DNA of 32,000 nucleotides from assembly GCA_016432445.1 (NCBI GenBank), contig CP066689.1, forward strand, positions 990,001 through 1,022,000, given 5' to 3'. The translations under genes were made by a program, and so were the position numbers. Each line of letters begins with the position of its first letter. Positions within the stretch are counted from its first letter, which is position 1. Source of the stretch: Candidatus Saccharimonadota bacterium (GTDB lineage Bacteria > Patescibacteriota > Microgenomatia > UBA1406 > GWC2-37-13). The notes beneath the pieces were generated by a model. It had not been told where the DNA came from. It ran no database searches and worked only from the letters and a program-made list of their open reading frames with translations. Below are positions 8,112 through 16,358 of the stretch, piece by piece.

Positions 8112-11100
8112 ATGACAGAAGCAATTAATCCCTCCCAGGAAAATAAAACTCCGTCTCTAGAAAATACTGTCAATCGGATCGTCTCTCCCCTTTCAGCATC
8201 AACCGAAGGAGGATTACGTCTTACACCGTTAAATAAAGAGCTAACTATTGATCAAGTTAAAAAAGCCACAGCTTTTAAAGTTGGAGATAAAGAAACTAAT
8301 GTCCCTGACTATTTAAAAGAAAATTTGCAAAGAATATTAGGACTTCGGCCTAATACACCAATCAGTAGTCAAGATCAGCTAAAAATAGTTGAACATCTTC
8401 TTGAAGAAATCGCCAAAAACCCGATTGCAGTTGAAAAGGATATCAAATCAAAGCTTCCGGATATAGGCTATAAAATTAATATCCCTGAGATAATTGCTTC
8501 ACTTCAAGTTGTTGGAGTTGAGGCTGCACAACAAGAATATCTTTCAACTCAATCTACGTTTACTACTAAAGAGGTGTCTGCCGGTTGGAAAACAACTGAC
8601 AACACATTTGGAAAAGGCAGCCGGAGAAAACTTTATACCGAAATGAGCGGTTTTGGAGACGAGGTTGTTTTGGGAGGCGAGAGCATGAAAGGAATAACTA
8701 AAGTTGGAGAAAAGGTTGTTATAGAGCCTACAGTTGAAATGGATTTACGTCTGGCTCAAGTTTTATTTAATACTGCCTTACCTCCAGAATATTCAGTCAA
8801 GGTTGCCCAACTTCAACAACAAGTTGCAGCAGAAAAAGACCCTCAGCTTAAAGATCAAAAAGCTCATGAACTAACACTACTCCGGCAAAAGCTTTATAAA
8901 TCAGTATTGGTCGCTTTCAATACGCAAACGGAAAAAGCTGGCGAGATTAAAGCTGAAAACAACGAAAAAGATGAAATTAACAGCATTGCTGACCAAATAA
9001 AAAAAAGAATGACAGAGGTCAAAAAAGGCGGTTTAAGTCTTCAACACATGGATATCCAAGAAGCCAATAGAGCTAGTATTTCTGAGACGGCAAATTATTT
9101 GGGTGTTTCTACTGAAGGACAAAACTTAATAGATAAAGGATGGGAAAATATTTTGATGAGTGTCCATGCCGGTGAAAAAATGAATGTTGCCGTACACAGA
9201 TTTTTGCAAGATCTTGCTTTTGAAAATGTTTCTGCTGATAACAAAAATATTTTTGAAAAAATATTAGCTAACCGTTTAAGGACGGCCATGAGTATAAGCG
9301 GTATTGAAAATTATTACAAAGAATATAATGTTGGCATTAAGCCGGAAAATATCAGCCTTTCTCTCTTTTTATCAATGGGAGTAAAAGGAACGGAACTCCT
9401 TTACAGAAGAACCCAGGGTGAAGAAATTATAGTAAAAACTCCAGAACCAGTAAAACCAGAACTTCCTGAATGGCTTAATCCAAAGATCAAACTTTTAAAA
9501 ACTGAACAACCAGAACAGATGGCTGATATCTTAAAGAAGCTTAAGGAAAAAAGCAAAGACGATGAGTCAGGTATTGATGAAGCTACTGCTGTAGCCAAAC
9601 CTGAGATTGAAGAAGCCATCCCAATCGTTCAGACAGCGAGCTCTGAAGCTGACTCAAATAAGTTTAACTATCGTACCCTAGACTTAACTTTTGAACGTCA
9701 TTTGCCATCTAATATACCAGAAACAGAAAAATCATCCGTTCATGAGATAGGCAGAAACATAGTTAAAGCAATTGTAACTGAGACTGAACTTGGTAACTTA
9801 ACAGAAAACTATAGAAACGTCATTCTTAATGCCGCTGCCCTAAATTCAGCAAACTTACTTACTCCCCTGATTCCTGGTGATGAAAGAGGTAAAAGACTAG
9901 TAACTTCCAAGTCTCAAGCAAATAAAGCTTTAGCCGAAAAAGTTCTTCAAGCTTACACAGAGGCTGAACCAGAAAGGATCGCCCATGAGGGACGTAAATT
10001 AAGTATTGAAGATTTTGTTGAAATAAAAAGAACTTACGATTCTTTAAACTACACTCCACCGACTATTGAATCTCTTTTAGAAGGGCCTTTAAAGGGTGGA
10101 GCTATTCCTCAGCAACTACTCCGAGGACTAGTATTGCAAAGAGAATTTAATCGACGGTTTTTGGATAATTCAATTTCCCTACTTTCTCTCCCCCATGAAG
10201 ATAGAAATTTTGAGAGTCTCAATCTTATCGCTCAAATGACGGCTTTGCAAATTTTTAAAGAGATAGATTTGAAAACTTATCATTTAACATCACACGGCCC
10301 AGTTCCTTTAACGCCAAATAATACTGATTTATTTTTAACTTGGGATAGAGTAAAAAATACCCCAGCCATCGAAGTAGTGAGATTTTACAACCGTCCCCGC
10401 GAACCCATTACTGAAGCCTCCTCCTCAGCCGGCCCGACTATTGCAGTAGCTGATCAAACAGAAGGTGAAACTACGGGTGAGGAAGCAGTAACATATATTC
10501 CAGATGAAACTGAAGAACCTTATTTTGACGATCAACATGCTGTAAGAAGAGAAACAAATAGACAAAGACGGGCAGAAAGAGAAGGAAAAAATAAAAGAGA
10601 ACGCCAAAAAATAAGACGACCAAGAAGAGGTCCGGAAGAAGAGGTCTCTCCCGTAAATCCTCCTGTAGTTGAAGCCACTGAGGAAGCTTCTGCGGCGGTA
10701 TCCGCACCATCAACCGAACGTAAGCTTCCTGATTGGCTTTTTATGAAAGAGCCTGAATCTTCAGCTGAAACTAATGCCACAGTTACAACGGCTGAAAAAA
10801 GAGAACTACCAAGCTGGCTCACGGATGAAGAGCTAATTGCTAAAGATCGAAAAATTGCAGAAGCTCAAGCGGCAGTAGCAACTCCAACCGAAGCCGCTGA
10901 AGATATATTTGCCAAGCTAAGACGGGAATTAGATGAAACTGATAAAAAAGTTGCTTCCCCTGACGATGGGGAACTCCCGGCCTTCTTGAGAAACCGCGCT
11001 CAACCATCTCCTGAAGAACACAAAGAAACAAGCGCGCCAGCAGAAGCAGAAGCCGCTGTAACTATACCAAGCAATGAAATTAAAGCTAACGAAACAAAAC

Positions 11101-12347
11101 AAATTTCAGACATTGAATTTATAGCTACAGACACTAATAAAGGCAATTTATCTCTTTTAGATAAAAGCTCAGCCGATATCACTTTAAATCAAGGTCTTAT
11201 TCAAGGGTGGAACGAGTCCTCAACCCACATAGATATTAATGAAGGCACTGTTGTTGGAAGTCAGTCGAGTTCTTTTTATGTTGCTGATGACAGGGGCGGA
11301 GAGTATACCTTCTCAGACAGCGATGCTCTTCTTTTTGCAGGAGAAACTTTTAATAAATCAAAAGTTGATAGACCAAACGCAATCTTTACACTCCCCTCTC
11401 TTCCTAATGCAGAGGATATATTAACTACCGATGTCCCAAGTTTTAATGCCTATTATGCCGGTTTAGGCCGCATGATTTATGAAACACGCGGAACAAGATA
11501 TTTATTTGAAGAGGCAGTCAACGATAAACAAAAAGCCATAGCTATATTTGAAATTAGAGAGACTATTAATGAAGACGGAAAAAAAGAACATAAATTAACC
11601 TTTGTTGACGGAAGAAGAGTTGAAGATAAAGATGATCTAGTCGAAAGATTTATGTCTAAAACTAATGCTAATCTGCTTCAGCCTGAGTTGGAAGTAGCTT
11701 TAAATGATCTCTCTGCTCCTAAAGTAGAACCTAGTCCAGCTGCTAAAACTGAAGATAAGGATAAAGAAAGATTATCCCTTCGCCAACGGTTGGCAGGAAA
11801 ATTAAGATTAAGATTCGGAAGCCACGATTCTGAAGAAACACCTGAAAGGAAACAATTAAAAAAAGGCATAAAAAGTTTAGATGAACTTGCTGCCGTAATC
11901 GATCAAAACACAGAAAAATTTCATTTAACTAAAGAGCAGGAAGATCAATTAATTGAAGTTGACTATCCTAAGCATATTAATGATGGTTATCCAATCGAAG
12001 TTTTAGGAGACGTATTAATCAGCTGGACTCGCCTTTTTGAACCCCAAGTAGAAAACCATGAAGTGATTGAAAGAAAAAACGCTATTCTTCATGATTTAAT
12101 AGACAAAGTTTTTGGTGATAATCCGCCTGATCACCCCGCCATAGTAGCAGATCTTTTGGTTGATTTGTTTAAGGACGATATTATAAGTAAAAGATATAAA
12201 AAAGTAGCTGAGTATATAGAAAAAATTAATAAACCAGGCGTAAAATACGAACCTAACTCCAGTACTAAGAAGGAACTTCAGGCATTATTAAGTGCTTTGG
12301 ATATTACTTCAAAATATATTCCTTTTAGGTCTTCAACCCCTATTTAA
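8112..12347 (+). CDS. Giant (1411 aa) protein with no predicted TM segment, carrying repeated [LV]P-x-[WFY]-L motifs including an FtsZ C-terminal-peptide-like sequence; function unknown
   Basis: Uninterrupted 4.2-kb ORF with no hydrophobic segment. An acidic/Ala/Thr-rich, disordered-looking region (~nt 10380-11100) contains an Arg-rich stretch and the motifs KLPDWLF, ELPSWL and DDGELPAFLRNR. Further copies are ELPEWL (9459-9476) and NVPDYLK (8298-8318). Confidence 0.85.
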   Translation: MTEAINPSQENKTPSLENTVNRIVSPLSASTEGGLRLTPLNKELTIDQVKKATAFKVGDKETNVPDYLKENLQRILGLRPNTPISSQDQLKIVEHLLEEIAKNPIAVEKDIKSKLPDIGYKINIPEIIASLQVVGVEAAQQEYLSTQSTFTTKEVSAGWKTTDNTFGKGSRRKLYTEMSGFGDEVVLGGESMKGITKVGEKVVIEPTVEMDLRLAQVLFNTALPPEYSVKVAQLQQQVAAEKDPQLKDQKAHELTLLRQKLYKSVLVAFNTQTEKAGEIKAENNEKDEINSIADQIKKRMTEVKKGGLSLQHMDIQEANRASISETANYLGVSTEGQNLIDKGWENILMSVHAGEKMNVAVHRFLQDLAFENVSADNKNIFEKILANRLRTAMSISGIENYYKEYNVGIKPENISLSLFLSMGVKGTELLYRRTQGEEIIVKTPEPVKPELPEWLNPKIKLLKTEQPEQMADILKKLKEKSKDDESGIDEATAVAKPEIEEAIPIVQTASSEADSNKFNYRTLDLTFERHLPSNIPETEKSSVHEIGRNIVKAIVTETELGNLTENYRNVILNAAALNSANLLTPLIPGDERGKRLVTSKSQANKALAEKVLQAYTEAEPERIAHEGRKLSIEDFVEIKRTYDSLNYTPPTIESLLEGPLKGGAIPQQLLRGLVLQREFNRRFLDNSISLLSLPHEDRNFESLNLIAQMTALQIFKEIDLKTYHLTSHGPVPLTPNNTDLFLTWDRVKNTPAIEVVRFYNRPREPITEASSSAGPTIAVADQTEGETTGEEAVTYIPDETEEPYFDDQHAVRRETNRQRRAEREGKNKRERQKIRRPRRGPEEEVSPVNPPVVEATEEASAAVSAPSTERKLPDWLFMKEPESSAETNATVTTAEKRELPSWLTDEELIAKDRKIAEAQAAVATPTEAAEDIFAKLRRELDETDKKVASPDDGELPAFLRNRAQPSPEEHKETSAPAEAEAAVTIPSNEIKANETKQISDIEFIATDTNKGNLSLLDKSSADITLNQGLIQGWNESSTHIDINEGTVVGSQSSSFYVADDRGGEYTFSDSDALLFAGETFNKSKVDRPNAIFTLPSLPNAEDILTTDVPSFNAYYAGLGRMIYETRGTRYLFEEAVNDKQKAIAIFEIRETINEDGKKEHKLTFVDGRRVEDKDDLVERFMSKTNANLLQPELEVALNDLSAPKVEPSPAAKTEDKDKERLSLRQRLAGKLRLRFGSHDSEETPERKQLKKGIKSLDELAAVIDQNTEKFHLTKEQEDQLIEVDYPKHINDGYPIEVLGDVLISWTRLFEPQVENHEVIERKNAILHDLIDKVFGDNPPDHPAIVADLLVDLFKDDIISKRYKKVAEYIEKINKPGVKYEPNSSTKKELQALLSALDITSKYIPFRSSTPI

Positions 12348-12352
12348 CAATA

Positions 12353-13561
12353 ATGGAAAATTCTTCATCAACTTTATCTAGTACTGATAAAGGAGAAGTT
12401 CGTCGAGTCTTATCAATAGCAGAAAGGCTAAAAAATAATCCACCAAAAACTAAAGGGGAAAATCATTTTTCAGGTAGGTTTCGGCCGATTTATTCAGCCA
12501 AAGAAGAAAAAGAAAGAAATGCGGTGGTTGACCAGCCTAATAAAAGGCTTTTATTGAAGGCTATTGGCGCGGGCGCTATTCTTGCAGTTAGTGGAGGTTT
12601 AGCATTAAAAGCACTCGGTTCCGATAATACCCCCTCCGTAAGGGCCGAACCAAACCCATCAGCCATACCTTCACCCGCAGCAGAAACTACTGCTATAGCC
12701 GCAACTGAGAAACCTGAAACGACACCGGAGCCGCCTAAAGAAAGAGGCGGTATCCTTACCCCGGAAGAACTTGTTGACTATAGTCAGGTCATAGAATTCG
12801 TTGGCAAACTCCGGAATAGCCATGATTCGGTTTTATCCGAATCGCTTTTTACCAAAGAACTGGCAGGATTTTCTACTGAAAAACGTCAAGAAGTATTGAA
12901 AGCCATAGCCAAAGCTCATGCGCAAGCTCTTGTTGAATATTATGGAGATAATGAAGCTATTATTGGCCTTGATCCGGGTCATGGCTCATCTGATGTAGGT
13001 TCATCCGGAACAACCCCAGAAGGGAAAACTATCGCTGAAAAAGAACTCACCTGGGAAGTAAGTCAAATGTTAGCTGAAGAACTTAAAACTTTAAGCCATA
13101 ACCGTTATTTCATTGTTATTTTACGGCCTCACGATCCTCAAGACCGGGATTTAGATGGCGATGGAACAATTGCGCCGGTTGAAAGAATCCAAAAACGCAA
13201 GGCTTTACTTATGAAAATGGAACAAAAACTGCGCGATAAACCGGAAGATATAGGCAAAAATATTCTTTATTTATCAATGCATTTTAACGGATCATCCGAT
13301 CCAAATCAGGGCGGAGCCGAAATGTATTGGCCAAACAGCTTTGCCGTCAAAGATGATAATCATCGCCAAGCCAGTGAAGCACTAGCTAAAAGTATTCAAG
13401 ATAAAACCGTGACCGCAATTAGAAAAACTGGCTATAATACATTTGACCGCAAGGCAAAAGAAGATCCTGACAAAAATATGCCTACCGGTAACATAAGTCA
13501 AGTGGGGCCTTACCTAGTTCTGGGATCACCTCGTCTTGATAATCTTCTTCAAAAAGCCTAA
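12353..13561 (+). CDS. Membrane-anchored N-acetylmuramoyl-L-alanine amidase (Amidase_3 family)
   Basis: Amidase_3 signature: IGLDPGHGSSDVG (Zn His), EKELTWEV (Glu), YLSMHFNGS (Zn His), GAEMYW. It has an N-terminal cytoplasmic peptide, one TM segment (LLLKAIGAGAILAVSGGLALKAL) and a Pro/Thr/Ala linker. It starts 5 nt after the upstream gene. Confidence 0.85.
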   Translation: MENSSSTLSSTDKGEVRRVLSIAERLKNNPPKTKGENHFSGRFRPIYSAKEEKERNAVVDQPNKRLLLKAIGAGAILAVSGGLALKALGSDNTPSVRAEPNPSAIPSPAAETTAIAATEKPETTPEPPKERGGILTPEELVDYSQVIEFVGKLRNSHDSVLSESLFTKELAGFSTEKRQEVLKAIAKAHAQALVEYYGDNEAIIGLDPGHGSSDVGSSGTTPEGKTIAEKELTWEVSQMLAEELKTLSHNRYFIVILRPHDPQDRDLDGDGTIAPVERIQKRKALLMKMEQKLRDKPEDIGKNILYLSMHFNGSSDPNQGGAEMYWPNSFAVKDDNHRQASEALAKSIQDKTVTAIRKTGYNTFDRKAKEDPDKNMPTGNISQVGPYLVLGSPRLDNLLQKA

Positions 13562-13570
13562 ATTTAAATA

Positions 13571-14968
13571 ATGGAATACTCTGAGCGAGTCTTATCTATT
13601 GCTGAAAGATTAAAACAACCTCCGACTCCGCCAACTACGGCCGAAAGATTGAAACAAAGACAACAAGAAGGTCAAAGATCTTTACCTCAACTAAACCGTA
13701 TCTATTCAAAGGAAGAGTTAAAGCGGATGAATTACACTCCAATTCATCCAAAAACAGGAATAAAGATTGCTTTAGCTGGAATGACACTGCTGACGATTGG
13801 CTTAGCGGCCGAGGCTTCCCTTAATCCAACCGTCCCCACCGTAAGCGCTAATCCTGAACCAACACGACCCGCTCTAACCGCGACAGCCACCGCCTATAAA
13901 CCTCCTTTAGATATTATCTATCCCCCATCTTCCCCCACGGCTATCGCTGAAACTGCTGCCGCAGTCAATACACCTGAAATCAAAAAAAAGAAAGATCTTC
14001 TCAGTGAAGCCGCTCATTCATTTTATGCGAAAGCTCAAGCAAAACGAAATGAACGCGCAAAAAAAGATCCTGATTATCTTACCCGGATCAATCCTGAGTT
14101 AAATAAAAACCGGATTAATTTTCTGTCTCTGGGTATAGGTAAAGAAGGAGCTTTAACTGACTCCATTCAAGTTATATCTTATGATCTTACTTCAGGAAAT
14201 TTATCAATGATTTCCTTGCCGCGTGACCTTCAATCACCTGAAGTTCTTAAAGCTTATGGAGGAGACGAACGCAATTCCCGTATCAATCAGGCTTTAACCA
14301 AAGGCGGTATAGATCTTTCCCAGCTGGCGGTTGAAAATGCAACCGGCTTGTCTATGGATTTTGTGATGGTTAACCGCTTTGAAATCCTTACGAAAATTAT
14401 TGATAAAATTGGCGGGATAGAAGTCGATGTAGACAAGGATATTGATGATAATAACTATCCCGCTCTTGAAGGCGACGGCTATGACCCTTTCCATATTACC
14501 AAAGGCCATCACCTTTTAAATGGTTATGACGCTTTAAGATATTCCCGATCCCGTTACAGCACCAGTGATTATGACCGGTCTAAAAGACAACAAAAAGTGC
14601 TGGAAGCCCTTATTAAAAAATATGCCGAAGAAATGAAAAAAAATCCCTTAAAAGCAGCTGGCCTCATAAAAGATACTCTTGGCATCATTAATGAAGAAGT
14701 AAATAGCGGAAAACTGAAGGCTGATTTTGATATCGGCGATATTTCCGGACCCATTATTTCACTTATTCCCTCGCTTATTGGAGGCGCTCGTTTTGAAATG
14801 CCGCCAACCGCCCACTTTACGGTTGATACTTCAAACTTTGTCGTTAGCGCCTCTCTCCCGGGCATAGCCATAACCAAGATTAAGGGAGGCAATGCTCACT
14901 CTGGCAACCCACGGCAAGATTATTGGGGTCCATTACGTCCGGCTGTTAAAGAATTTCTTACACGCTAA
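13571..14968 (+). CDS. LytR-CpsA-Psr (LCP) family cell-envelope polymer transferase, membrane-anchored
   Basis: LCP core pattern: INFLSLGIGKEGALTDSIQVISYDLTSGNLSMISLPRDL...INQA...GG...VNRF...IGGIEVDV...LNGYDALRYSRSRY..SDYDRSKRQQKVL. It has an N-terminal peptide and one TM segment (IKIALAGMTLLTIGLAA). It starts 9 nt after the amidase stop. Confidence 0.85.
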   Translation: MEYSERVLSIAERLKQPPTPPTTAERLKQRQQEGQRSLPQLNRIYSKEELKRMNYTPIHPKTGIKIALAGMTLLTIGLAAEASLNPTVPTVSANPEPTRPALTATATAYKPPLDIIYPPSSPTAIAETAAAVNTPEIKKKKDLLSEAAHSFYAKAQAKRNERAKKDPDYLTRINPELNKNRINFLSLGIGKEGALTDSIQVISYDLTSGNLSMISLPRDLQSPEVLKAYGGDERNSRINQALTKGGIDLSQLAVENATGLSMDFVMVNRFEILTKIIDKIGGIEVDVDKDIDDNNYPALEGDGYDPFHITKGHHLLNGYDALRYSRSRYSTSDYDRSKRQQKVLEALIKKYAEEMKKNPLKAAGLIKDTLGIINEEVNSGKLKADFDIGDISGPIISLIPSLIGGARFEMPPTAHFTVDTSNFVVSASLPGIAITKIKGGNAHSGNPRQDYWGPLRPAVKEFLTR

Positions 14969-14969
14969 A

Positions 14970-15950
14970 CTACCCTTGCTGTCCACCACTATCTTTGGAG
15001 CTTTTATAAGCCATCCACATCATCATAAGAAGACCTGCTAAACCTATACCGCCGCCCTTTAGTATTCTTTTATTCCAATCTGGAATTTCAATTCTTAAGT
15101 CATTGTTAAGTTGTTTTGCCTGTTTATTATCCAAAATGCCCTTTTTTTTAAGTCCCTCTATTAAAGCTTTCCTGCTTTTCTCATCAGCTACGGCACTGTC
15201 TATAATATCATTAAGCAGTTTTAAAGGTCTATTTCTCCTATCCGCTGTTATCTCTCCGGCTATTTCTTCAACAAACTGGACTAACCGATCTGGAATATCT
15301 TGACCGTCTTTTTTAATTTCTTTTCTTTGAGTTTCAAGATTCTTTAGATTCTCATCCTCTTTGTTTTTTTTAGCAGTAAGTTCAAACAATCTTTTTTCTG
15401 CTACAGCTTTTTTTTCTGGAGTCTGATCAGGAAGATCACGCGCTTTTTCAACAAGCTGAATATTCTCATTAATCTGTATCAAACGTTCTCTTACTGAATG
15501 GATCTCAACATCGTATCCCAAAGCCTTATTTAGAGGATCAGAATCATTCTTCAGCTCATTAATTTGCGCGTCGGCAGCTTTTACTTTTTCCTCAAGCAGT
15601 TTATACCTTTGCTCTTGTTCCTTAGTTACGTTTTTCTTTCCGCTAATTTCTGCCATAGTGGCTTCTGCCGCCGCTCTAGTAATTACCGCCTCAAGCGGGG
15701 TAAATTTTTTTCCAGCAGCTTCTGCCTGATTTGTTTCAGCAGGAATTTCTGTTTGATCAATCTCCGTGAGACTTCCTCTTGCTTTATCTGGATCTTTAGT
15801 TCCTTCCTCGCATGCTTTTATCCATCTTTTTGTTACCGGATCTCTTTCTCGTTTCTTGGCATTTTCGCTCATCTTAGCTCTTGTTTCAGGTGATAACTCG
15901 CGCTTTGGTTTTGCTTCAGTTGTAAGCGGTCTTCCTGGTGTTTCTGCCAT
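14970..15950 (-). CDS. Tail-anchored coiled-coil protein with a basic N-terminus (NUMOD3-like LSPETRAKMSENAKKR motif)
   Basis: 326-aa ORF with a long heptad-like K/E-rich centre and a single C-terminal hydrophobic segment (GGGIGLAGLLMMMWMAY) followed by KSSKDSGGQQG. Its start lies 2 nt after the stop of the upstream 126-aa gene. Confidence 0.7.
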   Translation of the reverse strand: MAETPGRPLTTEAKPKRELSPETRAKMSENAKKRERDPVTKRWIKACEEGTKDPDKARGSLTEIDQTEIPAETNQAEAAGKKFTPLEAVITRAAAEATMAEISGKKNVTKEQEQRYKLLEEKVKAADAQINELKNDSDPLNKALGYDVEIHSVRERLIQINENIQLVEKARDLPDQTPEKKAVAEKRLFELTAKKNKEDENLKNLETQRKEIKKDGQDIPDRLVQFVEEIAGEITADRRNRPLKLLNDIIDSAVADEKSRKALIEGLKKKGILDNKQAKQLNNDLRIEIPDWNKRILKGGGIGLAGLLMMMWMAYKSSKDSGGQQG

Positions 15951-15952
15951 AA

Positions 15953-16333
15953 TTAGTTAGTGATTTTGAACATTAATACTTTTTTAACCATATCCTGAGC
16001 TTCATTATACTGGCCATTTTTAATCAAATGAGAGACCATCTCAATGGCTTTCTGCGAATATTTTTCTTCATACTCTTTCATCAGTTTATAAACCACTGGA
16101 GAAAGCTCTGAATATTGATCATCTAGCTTAACTGCATTTTGATACATCTCCTGAAGAGTCATCTCAGGTTTAACCAGCTCAAGGGTAGTATGGGCGATAG
16201 CTTGTATTCTTTCTTTGGGAGTGTCGCCCTTTTCCGCCAGCTGTTGAATGATTTTTAAAACTTCTACCTCAACAAATTTCCTAAAATCATCCTTATTTCC
16301 TGAAGTATTAACCTGTGCCTGAGAATCAGCCAT
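15953..16333 (-). CDS. Small (126 aa) helical protein of unknown function, co-oriented and apparently co-transcribed with 14970..15950
   Basis: The ORF has typical coding composition and is tightly spaced with the downstream gene. I recognise no family motif. Confidence 0.55.
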   Translation of the reverse strand: MADSQAQVNTSGNKDDFRKFVEVEVLKIIQQLAEKGDTPKERIQAIAHTTLELVKPEMTLQEMYQNAVKLDDQYSELSPVVYKLMKEYEEKYSQKAIEMVSHLIKNGQYNEAQDMVKKVLMFKITN

Positions 16334-16358
16334 AGAAACACTTTATATTAATTAAATC

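Noticed and set aside
10545-10628. Interpreting the Arg-rich stretch as a eukaryotic nuclear localisation signal, and therefore as evidence for a eukaryotic host.
   Set aside because: Basic stretches of this kind are common in bacterial nucleic-acid- or membrane-binding proteins. Nothing else in the window demands a eukaryotic target, so I kept it only as a low-interest observation.
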